Assembly (NCBI GenBank): GCA_008369845.1
Contig: MRSU01000065.1
Location: forward strand, 1 to 39,745
Length of the DNA: 39,745 nucleotides
Source: Trichomonas gallinae
Lineage: Eukaryota
Reading direction: 5' to 3'
Each line of letters starts with the position of its first letter. Position 1 is the stretch's first letter. Shown here piece by piece: positions 9,193 to 18,760 of the stretch. Both the position numbers and the translations under genes were made by a program. The notes below the pieces were generated by a model. It searched no databases. It saw only the letters and a program-made list of their open reading frames with translations, and was not told the DNA's origin.

Positions 9193-11733
9193 TTAATGCC
9201 TCTTGAATTTGGTGATAGGCATTCTTTTATGATTTTGTGGTAGACTCCTGGATTCTTTCAATTGCTGCTCATTAAATTCAATACCTTCTGGAATCCATCC
9301 TTTAACTGAAATGCTTTGGTCGGATCCAATGTCATCACTAAGAGCAATAATGACAGGTTTTTCATTTCCTTCAATCACTGATGGATTGATAAGAGTGAAA
9401 TTTGCCAATCCACTGTCTATATTTGGAGTATTTTCGTACTTTTTAATTCCATCAGTAGTGACATTAAAACACATGAACTCAGCTTCGTCATCCATCTCTG
9501 TGTAAACTCCGACAAGTGATGAGAGAGGTGAAGAGATGACATGTATAGTATGTTCACTAGAGAATCTCTCCATAATTGTAAAGTTCGTGCTAGTTTTTCC
9601 AGTTAGAGGAGCAACAGTGATTTTCAGTTGACTATCAATTTCGTATACAACAACTACTGAATTAACAATGCATTCGAAATGGAAAACATTCGCGCTTCTC
9701 GGAATATTTGCAATCCTCTGGTTTCCATTTGTTATTGTTCCATCCGTTTTCATGTATAAAGGAGTTCCATCATTCATGAGCGCGAAATCTTTAATATATT
9801 CTGCTCTCCATTGGCAGTTAGCTTTGTATAATTCGTCATCAATCAAGTAGTAAATATCATCTGATGATGGCGAGCATTTCATCTTTGATATTTTCTTTTC
9901 TGAACTGAAATTTGTTGAAAACATTGTTTCTTTGTTGCCTGCATCAGTGAAAATAATTTCAGAAGGAGTAACATATGCAATAATGCTATGTGATTTTGTT
10001 CTTAAAACAAAAACGTCTGCAAGATTTTTGATTTGCCTCATGTACATTTGTTTAATGTTATTTTCTATTTTCATCACGAAAACTTGATCATCGTATGATA
10101 AAGCTATATATGGAGAGTTCTGCGATGTTTTGATTGAAACATTTCCGCTATCGTCGAAGCTTGGCTTTTTGAAATTATCGAAATCAAATGCACTATTGAA
10201 TTTAACTGTTTTAATCGATTCAATATCATTTTGTTCTTTTCCTGATATGATTTCTGTGAGCATCTGTCTTACGTAGTTTTTAATATTCTCTGATATTTCA
10301 TTGTGCATGTTGGTGAGTCTGTCTTTCAATATTGGCTCCATTCTCTTAACAAGTTCTTCTATAACACGATTGAGTGCTTCCTCTATTTGAGCCTTTTGCA
10401 ATGGAATTTGACTTGCTGATACTTGCTGCTGAATAATTTGTGGCTGTGTGATTTGCTGCGGTTCTTGAATAATTTGTGGCTGTGTAATCTGTTGTGGTTG
10501 TTGAATAATTTGTTGAGATTGTGGCTGCTGGATAGGTTGAGTTTGCTGTTGTTGAATAGTTTGTGTCTGTTTTTGTTCAACTGGCTGCTGTTGAATGCTT
10601 GGAGTGAGTGGAGGCTGCTGATATAGTTGAGTTTCTTCAGTGATTTCTGAGAGGCAAAGTTTACCAGTGAGTTTATTAAAGGTAACTGGACTGATTGGTG
10701 GAAGATTTGGAAATCTATTAATTTGTTTTGACGGAAGTGGATATGGCAATGGAATTGTGTATTCACCATGAGTTAGTTTCATAACTGTATGATTTGTTTT
10801 TCCATCGTCAGCAGTAGAAAAGAAAATTATAGAATCTCTATAAACTTCAATTTCATAAAATGATTCCGGAATTTCGCCATTGATCTTAATTTGCTCATAG
10901 TAATTTAATGAAGGGCTCTCAAATGCAGATATTATCTTATTCTGGCAATATATGATGGACAATGGCATTGAAAGATGAGAAGCCGACTTGATTTGATCTA
11001 TTTGCTCTTTTGTGTCTATTATGAGCCAGTAAGAGTTTAATATTTCTCCATTTTCTTGTATCTCGTAAATTTGACTATATAAGTTTGCTTTGTTATTTTT
11101 GTAGCCTAGAACACAAAATTGAACAAGGTTAAGCACATAAACTCTCTTGATTTCAAAAGATTCAATTTGAAGTGTTTTAAATGGTTCATTTTCATTGAGT
11201 TTATGAACATAAATAGTGTTTCCAACTTGATATATGTAATAACCATTGGATAATGTATCTACAAACGTAATTTTTTGATCATCTTTCGAAATTTTATTGA
11301 GTTTGGCACCAGTTAAACAGTATAATGTATTTGAGGCAAGAATTAATATCGTATAATTTTGTTCATTCGGAAATATCGAAACATTCGAAATTTCAGAATT
11401 AAATTTGCACTCATTTTGCAGTTTGTAATCAGCATCATAAATTCTTATATTTTCTCCATCGAATGTGAACAAAAATGTCTGCCTATTATTACGCAAAATT
11501 TTTGAATATAATTTTTCATTGGAATTATCATTTGATTTTTCATTTCTGGCATTTTCTCCTTTTGTATTGTGATAATAATCGTATTTAAATACTTTGTCTT
11601 GAGTAAATTCGAAGAAGAATTCGTCACCAAAACAGTATTTCCCGTTGTATTGCTTTTTATGACCTATGGTAACCGAATCTTCAGAATTGTTTGCTGCAGA
11701 ATCAACGCTCGCTTTACTATCTACAGCAGTCAT
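9193..11733 (-). CDS. Hypothetical 846 aa protein: beta-rich (propeller-like) domain, Q/P-rich linker, helical segment, second beta-rich domain
   Basis: Long ORF. Short alternating hydrophobic strands occur at aa ~30-325 and ~510-815, QQP repeats at aa ~370-445 and an amphipathic helix at aa ~445-500. I do not recognise the family. Confidence 0.8.
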   Translation of the reverse strand: MTAVDSKASVDSAANNSEDSVTIGHKKQYNGKYCFGDEFFFEFTQDKVFKYDYYHNTKGENARNEKSNDNSNEKLYSKILRNNRQTFLFTFDGENIRIYDADYKLQNECKFNSEISNVSIFPNEQNYTILILASNTLYCLTGAKLNKISKDDQKITFVDTLSNGYYIYQVGNTIYVHKLNENEPFKTLQIESFEIKRVYVLNLVQFCVLGYKNNKANLYSQIYEIQENGEILNSYWLIIDTKEQIDQIKSASHLSMPLSIIYCQNKIISAFESPSLNYYEQIKINGEIPESFYEIEVYRDSIIFFSTADDGKTNHTVMKLTHGEYTIPLPYPLPSKQINRFPNLPPISPVTFNKLTGKLCLSEITEETQLYQQPPLTPSIQQQPVEQKQTQTIQQQQTQPIQQPQSQQIIQQPQQITQPQIIQEPQQITQPQIIQQQVSASQIPLQKAQIEEALNRVIEELVKRMEPILKDRLTNMHNEISENIKNYVRQMLTEIISGKEQNDIESIKTVKFNSAFDFDNFKKPSFDDSGNVSIKTSQNSPYIALSYDDQVFVMKIENNIKQMYMRQIKNLADVFVLRTKSHSIIAYVTPSEIIFTDAGNKETMFSTNFSSEKKISKMKCSPSSDDIYYLIDDELYKANCQWRAEYIKDFALMNDGTPLYMKTDGTITNGNQRIANIPRSANVFHFECIVNSVVVVYEIDSQLKITVAPLTGKTSTNFTIMERFSSEHTIHVISSPLSSLVGVYTEMDDEAEFMCFNVTTDGIKKYENTPNIDSGLANFTLINPSVIEGNEKPVIIALSDDIGSDQSISVKGWIPEGIEFNEQQLKESRSLPQNHKRMPITKFKRH
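10430..10512 (-). repeat. 36 bp coding tandem repeat (12 aa unit QIIQxPQQITQP)
   Basis: GAATAATTTG recurs at 10431, 10467 and 10503 with near-identical intervening sequence. Confidence 0.85.
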
Positions 11734-12106
11734 TAATTTACTACCCCCTTCTTTATTATGTCAAACCCTTTTATATTTCTATTTGATTTTTTTGTTCTCT
11801 TTTCATTATATTGTTATGAGGAGATAAAAATCCTAATAGAAAAAGTTTTATGTATGAAATGGTATAACACTAATTGCATGATAGTTAACTTTTAATTTAA
11901 TAACAAAAATATAATATAAAATATTCATATTTGATAACATTAATAGACTTAATATGACTCAGAAAATGCAACTAAAGTCGGAAACTAACCAAAATGTTAA
12001 ACATTTTTTGTAATTGAGAAATTTAAAATGGTTTTGCTGAGAATTACATATAAGTATACTATTATATCATCATTATAATGTATTCATTCCAATATTTGTA
12101 TATTGC

Positions 12107-12478
12107 TTAAATAAAATTGAAATCTTGGGATAAAATTACAGCAGAGTGACCATTATGAATAGCTTTGATATAAAATGTTGATATAAAGTGGTGTGTTGGA
12201 CTTCCTGGGATATTCATGTATCCCGAAATAGTAAGCATCGAAATTTTATCATTAAATAGTAATACTTGTGAGTCTACAGATGCTATTTGGTAGCTAAACT
12301 TTGGTACTGTTTTCAAAAATTTAAAAATTTCGATTTTTCCTTTATATAAAATTCCAGTCCACGATAAATTGGCATCGTTAGAATAAAAATCAGCAACAGT
12401 TGTTGCAGATGAAGAAAGCAGGCCAAAGTAGTTATCAATAATTGCCTTAGCAACACCTAATGATACCTCGTTTGCCAT
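12107..12478 (-). CDS. NTF2-family protein (NXT1/p15-like)
   Basis: 123 aa with an NTF2-fold pattern: IIDNYF..., FYSNDANLSWTG..YKGKIEI, IASVDSQ, LTISG, HFISTF, ILSQDF. TCATT initiator at 12487-12491 on the minus strand. Confidence 0.8.
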   Translation of the reverse strand: MANEVSLGVAKAIIDNYFGLLSSSATTVADFYSNDANLSWTGILYKGKIEIFKFLKTVPKFSYQIASVDSQVLLFNDKISMLTISGYMNIPGSPTHHFISTFYIKAIHNGHSAVILSQDFNFI

Positions 12479-12571
12479 TGATTAAAAATGACAATGTAAA
12501 CTGAATTATGACAAATAAACCAAATATTGACGTGTAAAGTGTCAAAAATAATAATTCGTTAATTCATTCAA
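12479..12571. promoter_or_regulatory. 93 bp bidirectional promoter between divergent NTF2-like and MYCBP genes
   Basis: Head-to-head genes with outward-facing TCATT initiators at 12487-12491 (-) and 12564-12568 (+). TGAC/TGTCA-core motifs lie between them, including TTGACGTGTAAA. Confidence 0.7.
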
Positions 12572-12838
12572 ATGAACACACGCCGCGAAAACTTCAGAAA
12601 ATACCTCGAGACAGGTGACGCTATTGAAGCACTCACAAGTGCACTTGTAAACTTATACGAACAGCCCGAGCCACCTGCTGATCCACTCAATTTCCTTCGC
12701 CAGGAACTTGGAGCCAGCGAAGGTGTAGACGTTGATGCCCTTGTTCGTGAGAACCAGGATCTTAAATCTAAAATAGCATCATTGAATCAACAAATCGCTG
12801 AGCTCGAAGCAAAACTCAATAATCCAGAAGCTCAATAA
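12572..12838 (+). CDS. MYCBP: c-Myc-binding protein (MYCBP/AMY-1; FAP174-like)
   Basis: RRENFRKYLETGDAIEALTSALVNLYEQPEPPADPLNFLRQELG matches the MYCBP signature KREQFRRYLE..GV.D.LT..LV.LYE.PEKP..AL.FL...LG. A coiled coil follows. Confidence 0.9.
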   Translation: MNTRRENFRKYLETGDAIEALTSALVNLYEQPEPPADPLNFLRQELGASEGVDVDALVRENQDLKSKIASLNQQIAELEAKLNNPEAQ

Positions 12839-12956
12839 TCTTTTGTATTATTATTTAAACCAATATTGTATGAGAAATTTAAAATCAACTATAGTTTTAT
12901 CCATCTACTTTTACTCTAAACGACCATATTACTGAAATATATACTATAACTACAGA

Positions 12957-13123
12957 TTTTTGTCATGTAAATTTTCGTTATCAAAATCTGTCATGTAAAT
13001 ATCATATTTGTCATGTAATTCAGATTTTTGCCACCTAATATTCTTTTGACATTTGTCAAGTATCTTGGTTTTTGTCATGTAAAATACTTAAAAATTTGTC
13101 ATGTATTTTTGAATTTTGACATA
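12957..13123 (+). promoter_or_regulatory. Direct-repeat array of TGTCATGTA upstream of the GPN gene
   Basis: Five exact TGTCATGTA copies start at 12961, 12989, 13009, 13073 and 13097. Degenerate copies (TGCCACCTA, TGTCAAGTA, two TTTTGACAT) are also present. A regulatory role is inferred from position. Confidence 0.65.
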
Positions 13124-13137
13124 AAACAATTTAAATA

Positions 13138-13929
13138 ATGTCTGAGGGGATTCCTGAAGACCAGATTCCAGACATGTCATATGGCGCATGTCTTATTGGT
13201 CCTCCAGGCAGTGGTAAGACATCTGCCATTAAAGCTCTCAAAGAAATGTGCGAGAAACTGAAAAGGCATGTTATCGTAATGAATCTTGATCCTGCAAATG
13301 ATAAATTACCATATGAAGCAGATTTTGATATCTGTACAACCATTAATGTCAAAAGTATTATGGAATCACAGGATTTAGGCCCGAATGGAGGATTAATTTA
13401 CTGCATGGAAAGCGTTGCTGCTAATGTAAATGAGATCATCGAAGCTGTTAGACCTCGTGTTGAAAAAGCAAGCTACTTTTTAATTGATTTTCCAGGCCAG
13501 GTCGAATTATACACACATTCTGAGTGTGTTCGTCAGTTTCTCGACGCTTTTCAAAAGGAATTAAAGATAAAACTCGCAACAGTTAACTTTGTCGATGTTG
13601 TTCTTACATCAACAAAGCAGGGATATCTTGGCCAATCATTGATGAGTCTTGGAATGATGCTTAGACTTTACACTCCGCATATTAATGTACTTAGTAAATT
13701 TGATTTAGTGCAAACAAAGGAGGTTGACCTTCCATTTGATACAGAAACATGCGATTTCGAAGACATGGTAAGTAGTGGCGTTCCAAGCAAACTTCATCAG
13801 AAAATTGTCGAATTGCTTTGTGACTATGACTTAGTTTCTTATGAATATTTCTCAGTGATGGATGAATCATCCATTATACATTTAATTGAGATCATTGATA
13901 AAGCTGTTGGATGCAACTGGATGCTTTAA
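13138..13929 (+). CDS. GPN2: GPN-loop GTPase, most like GPN2
   Basis: GPPGSGKT, NLDPAN, LGPNGGLIYCME, DFPGQVELYTH and PHINVLSKFDL. GQVEL and the GPPGSGK P-loop favour GPN2 over GPN3. Confidence 0.85.
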   Translation: MSEGIPEDQIPDMSYGACLIGPPGSGKTSAIKALKEMCEKLKRHVIVMNLDPANDKLPYEADFDICTTINVKSIMESQDLGPNGGLIYCMESVAANVNEIIEAVRPRVEKASYFLIDFPGQVELYTHSECVRQFLDAFQKELKIKLATVNFVDVVLTSTKQGYLGQSLMSLGMMLRLYTPHINVLSKFDLVQTKEVDLPFDTETCDFEDMVSSGVPSKLHQKIVELLCDYDLVSYEYFSVMDESSIIHLIEIIDKAVGCNWML

Positions 13930-14283
13930 TCAAAATTTTGTTGTTATTGTTTTATAGATCAAATAAATGTTATATTATTTCCTATTTTTTATTAGTTTAG
14001 CATTTCTGATTGATTCATATATGCTTTATCGCAAATACTTTGTCTATGTATAAATGATATATTCACAGATAATGCTTTCGCCATGAAAGATAAATATTTG
14101 ACAGGATTGTTTTCAGATCAGATCAATTTAATGCAACAAGACCACTATAAAATAGCAGAGTAATAAATTCAACAGTATTTCTTAATTTGAAATAGAAAAA
14201 ATATATACAAAATAATGATTTTTATACTAGTATTTGGATAACAAACAAGAAAATAAATGGGAATAAAACATATAAAAAGTAAA

Positions 14284-15000
14284 TCAATGAAGAATTCTTG
14301 GACTCTGAATTGAATTTGGTGACAAATGCAGTATTTGCGGAGGAGAATCATATGCTATAAGTGCGATCTTAACAAATATAAGTATGAAAGCTAATGATTG
14401 ACAAACTGATGAGATACTTTGTGATGGACCTTGTTTAACAGCATTCATGAATACGTAGCCTAATGATAAGATAATTATGACTCCCGTGCATGCTTTTGAA
14501 ACCATAGAATTCTTAAAATTGAATGTATATTCCTTTCTATCACAAATCAAGTAATGGAAACTGGAGAAAAGATAAAATGCACGAGTAGCCATGTTATGTA
14601 TTAATGAATTCTCGTAAAAAGCAAAACAAGCAGTTCCAAGTAATCCTAATATCGAACTAAATCCAAAGAAAAATGCCATCAGTAGAAAAAGCTTATGTCG
14701 TACATTCAATGTTTCATTATTTTCGCGTATTAGTAATAAGTATGTAAATAATCGCATGAAATATACCAAAAATAACAAAATGGATTCTATAGACATTAAA
14801 ACACTGAATATTCGTGATTCTGGGAAGTCTACAACTGTTAGTGAAACTGTTGGAAGATAATTTATATTCCAGTGTTGATTCTTGAAGTAAAATCCCCAAC
14901 AAATAGCCATTGTTATTATTGGTAATACCGATGCTACATAGTAAACAAACTTAAAATTGATTGATGAAGCATGTGGAACAGCAAGTGCATTGCGTTCCAT
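14284..15000 (-). CDS. Frag1/DRAM/Sfk1 (TMEM150/PGAP2-like) multi-pass membrane protein
   Basis: About six hydrophobic helices, with family motifs LPTVSLT..FPESRIFS and IHNMAT..F. The first ATG is at 15000 with TCATT at 15017-15021 (-); the track start at 15057 is a TTG. Confidence 0.75.
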   Translation of the reverse strand: MERNALAVPHASSINFKFVYYVASVLPIITMAICWGFYFKNQHWNINYLPTVSLTVVDFPESRIFSVLMSIESILLFLVYFMRLFTYLLLIRENNETLNVRHKLFLLMAFFFGFSSILGLLGTACFAFYENSLIHNMATRAFYLFSSFHYLICDRKEYTFNFKNSMVSKACTGVIIILSLGYVFMNAVKQGPSQSISSVCQSLAFILIFVKIALIAYDSPPQILHLSPNSIQSPRILH

Positions 15001-15826
15001 AATTATGGCTTTCGTCAATGAATTCAAATGTTCCGTGTAGATATTTAAAACAGACAATTACAGACAAATAATCAAAAATCGAAATTGTTCAAATAATTTT
15101 TGTAATTTGGTTCTAAAATTACAATTTACAACAGTTTCAAACATAAAATGCAAAAAACATCATAAAATTTCAAAAATATATGGAAGACATTTTTAAAAAG
15201 GGCTTTGAATAAATAAAAAGGGAAATTTCATCAAGAGTTATGTTAAACTTGATCTTAAATTGAATTATATTGTTCATTATATGGAGCTGGAGCTAAATAC
15301 AATAGAAAAGTGGCTGTTTATGATTCAATTTCTTTGTCAATTTTGTTTTTTTTTAAATATAATGATAATTTAGTATTGATTCAAGCCATTTAATGTAATG
15401 GCATCAAAATTAGAGAATGAAAACCTAGATTTTTTTTTGTGATAACCTTTTTGATATATTAGATTGATAGTTTGTTAGTATCTCATCGATATAAGCATTC
15501 ATTGATGATATGGAATTGATTTAGCGATATTATCTTTCCAAGTTTCATCAATTGCTCCAGTTTATTTATTTTTTTACTAGTTTATGTATATTTCTACTAG
15601 TTTATGTAACATATTATATTACTATTATAGTACAATCAATATTGTAACATCACATGGAACTTTTGCCTAATGATGTTTCCCTCGATAAAGAGGATCAAAT
15701 TTGTTGAGGGTGTTTCAAAATTTAGAGGGGGATAATTTACCAAAATTTAATTGTGATCTTTATTTATATACAAAATGAAATGATTATTTTGAGCGAACAA
15801 TTTCAAAAAAAAAAAAAAAAAAAAAC

Positions 15827-18541
15827 ATGATGGATCAGACTTCTCCCGATTATGCTTTTAGGCAAATACAAATGGCAGCCAATCTTACATCAGAGAATGC
15901 TGAGGAAGCTACTAATAATATTTGCGAGCTTATTGCGCATTATCCTATCGAAAGTTTAATAAATTTTTCAAGTTTTATTCTTTCCGATGACCCAAACATT
16001 CAACAAGAGAATATTATCATGTCATGCGTTATATATATGTCACGAATTATCGGGACACCATCGAAATCGAAATTTGGTGAATTTTGGCTAGCAACGAGTG
16101 GCGAATACAAAGACACAGTTGTTAATGCTGTAGGTCGTGGTCTCTTATTCGGCGGCAGTATTGGCCCACAAGCTGCACGTTTATATGCAAAATTATTTAA
16201 CTACGCGTATGCTGGAATGCAGACAAGTGAATATATAATACAACTACTTACAAATCAAGAAATAGGTCCTGAAATTCAACAAGCTGTATTTGAATTAGTA
16301 ATTGAATTAGTTAGTCCAGAGAACGTCGAACAAGATGATCCACACATAACAGAGCTTTCCAATGTATTTACATCTGTGATGAGCGAATTCTTACAAAAAT
16401 TTAATGAGATGGAAAAATTCGATAAAACTTACCAACTTGCAATAATTAATTGCCTTTCTTCATTCATAACACGCATAAAAGTCGACTACTTAAAAGAAAT
16501 GAACGATAGTATTTTATCTATCGCAGAAACTAAATTCCCATATATCTTAGATGAGGATATATTCCTTCAGTTATATCGACTTTTATACGCCATGATCGGT
16601 AATGTCTACAACTCAGATAATATCGAAAACTATATTGATCTCACTAGAATTTATAAATGCGGCCTCAATGGCTTATCATGTCCAGAACCACTTATCAACA
16701 AAGTTTTCGTTTTCTGGTTCTTTATTTTAGACTATGAATGCAAAACAATGAATAGAGCTGACAGAACAAATAAGTTTCTTGAATATTACCACGAAAAATT
16801 CCAAGATACAAAACCATCTTTTCTCATCCTTCCTCCCGAAATTAAACAGCACAACCTTATTCGCGACATTGCTTCAGAGCTCATCGATCCTATGCTCCAG
16901 CTTTCAATCCCGCCTGCTGATGATTTCGAGATAGAATCAGTAAATGATCCAAGCCCGTCAATGTGGGCATGTGAAATCCTGAGACAAATCGCTATCCTTG
17001 ATTCATCGTATCTTGAGAAAATCCGCGAATTCAGGGAAGCAAACATCACATCGGACCAGTGGAATGTCCAGCATGCATTGATTTGTCTCGCTTATGCTTT
17101 CTGCACGCCTGATATGAGAACGCGTGTTCAAAATCGCGATTACTGTAGGGAGATAAACAAATACATCGTCGAGAGCTTGTATTTACCAGACACACCACTA
17201 AGATTGGATGAAACGTCTGTATATATGTTGTTCTATCTCCAGAAGACATTCAACTTCTTCAATAAAGAAATGAAGGGCGAAATTGTCAAATTATTCCAAG
17301 GACTCATGCTCAAATTCGAAAAAGATCCAAAAATCGCCCTGCGTGCAGTCGATTTGATCACACAGATTGCGCGCGACTTCATTTTCGATGAATCAGGCTT
17401 CATAGATAAAATCGAAGAAATCGTTATGACGATGTTCAACAAAGTCAAAGAGGTTTATCCACGAAGCGTGAACTTAACTCAAGTTATCTACAAGCTGTTT
17501 TATATTTACGTGTTTAGAATTTCAAAGTGGGATAATGAAAAAGTTCTGGATTATCTCACGAGAATCTACAACGAAATCATCAGTCTTTTCGATCAACAAT
17601 TGGATGATAGCAGCAACGCGCCTCTCTATCACACAAACATCCAGTGCAACTTGTGGATAGTCACTGCCATTTTCAAGAAATATCATGAATATCTACCTGT
17701 AGCTGCGCCAAATGTTGCTTCGAATTTCCTGGCATTGCTCAAAGCGCATGATGTACTCCACGAAGATATTCTTAACTCTTTGTTCGCTATAATTAACGCT
17801 TTCCCGAAGAACCTCTCAGAAGACACAACTCTCGGTCAGATCATCGAATATATTCCGAGTGCAATTAACTCTAAGAGCCCGACATTGACTGTTTTGTCTT
17901 TGAAGGCATTGTCATACATGTTCGAAAAGTTCGGAGAAAAAGGCGTCGATGTCTTCAATCTTACTTTGGATAACATATTCAATCTCATCGACGACGATGG
18001 TTTCCCAATTAACGAAAAGGGAGAATTATTATGGGCCCTCAGCAGAATTTTGAAAGTTTACACGAACAGTATTTCAACAGAAGATGTTGGAAATCTCTTC
18101 AAGAAGCTCGACAACTACTTGACAGGTGATTTCAAATCGATTGGCGATTACGCTGATGAATTTATGGCCGAGTTGTATGCGGCCATCTATACATGCTACA
18201 CTTCAATTCTCATGTCAACTAATTATCAGGCGTATATCAAGAATGAGATGGATAAGAACGAAAGAAGAAAGTTCTTCAGATTCCTTGTGAAACCGCTCAG
18301 AATATTTATGAGATATAATATCGGTTGCTTCGTTGATAGCAATACATATGGAATTAAGTTGATAGAGGCTGTTTATGATTTTGAAGACTTGATGATTGAT
18401 TCATTCGGAAAAGATTTCAACATTTATGCAAACCATCACCAATTCTTTTTCTTTTTCTTCTGGGGAATCATCAATAACAAGGATTGTACTACAGAAGAAC
18501 AGAATTATAAAAGAATGGTTGAAAAAGTCACAAAATGTTAA
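15827..18541 (+). CDS. Divergent importin-beta-like HEAT/ARM repeat protein
   Basis: 904 aa and all-helical. WLATSGEYKDTVVNAV resembles the IBN_N domain end. An acidic loop followed by SPSMWACEILRQIA and SDQWNVQHAL parallels importin-beta1 NPCKAAGVCL and DWRYRDAA. The stop reads TAAA. Confidence 0.65.
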   Translation: MMDQTSPDYAFRQIQMAANLTSENAEEATNNICELIAHYPIESLINFSSFILSDDPNIQQENIIMSCVIYMSRIIGTPSKSKFGEFWLATSGEYKDTVVNAVGRGLLFGGSIGPQAARLYAKLFNYAYAGMQTSEYIIQLLTNQEIGPEIQQAVFELVIELVSPENVEQDDPHITELSNVFTSVMSEFLQKFNEMEKFDKTYQLAIINCLSSFITRIKVDYLKEMNDSILSIAETKFPYILDEDIFLQLYRLLYAMIGNVYNSDNIENYIDLTRIYKCGLNGLSCPEPLINKVFVFWFFILDYECKTMNRADRTNKFLEYYHEKFQDTKPSFLILPPEIKQHNLIRDIASELIDPMLQLSIPPADDFEIESVNDPSPSMWACEILRQIAILDSSYLEKIREFREANITSDQWNVQHALICLAYAFCTPDMRTRVQNRDYCREINKYIVESLYLPDTPLRLDETSVYMLFYLQKTFNFFNKEMKGEIVKLFQGLMLKFEKDPKIALRAVDLITQIARDFIFDESGFIDKIEEIVMTMFNKVKEVYPRSVNLTQVIYKLFYIYVFRISKWDNEKVLDYLTRIYNEIISLFDQQLDDSSNAPLYHTNIQCNLWIVTAIFKKYHEYLPVAAPNVASNFLALLKAHDVLHEDILNSLFAIINAFPKNLSEDTTLGQIIEYIPSAINSKSPTLTVLSLKALSYMFEKFGEKGVDVFNLTLDNIFNLIDDDGFPINEKGELLWALSRILKVYTNSISTEDVGNLFKKLDNYLTGDFKSIGDYADEFMAELYAAIYTCYTSILMSTNYQAYIKNEMDKNERRKFFRFLVKPLRIFMRYNIGCFVDSNTYGIKLIEAVYDFEDLMIDSFGKDFNIYANHHQFFFFFFWGIINNKDCTTEEQNYKRMVEKVTKC

Positions 18542-18760
18542 AATTACTATTATTTTGCAAATCATTATTTTTTATTACTTCCACACACCTATATTATTGT
18601 TACCAATGAAAATAACATATATAAATTTGCTTAATTTCTTTCATAATTAAAATTTTCAATATATATGTGAATTGACTTAAACTAATAATGTATCGTTGGC
18701 CAATAACATGGTGTTGATAGTAAAATCATAATTTAAATTAAAAAGTTTCTAGATTAGTAT

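Noticed and set aside
12957..13123. Possible CRISPR-like array
   Set aside because: The repeats are only 9-14 bp with irregular short spacing, the context is eukaryotic, and no cas genes are present.
15574..15610. Short direct repeat TACTAGTTT(T)ATGTA x2
   Set aside because: Two copies in very AT-rich DNA; most likely simple slippage.
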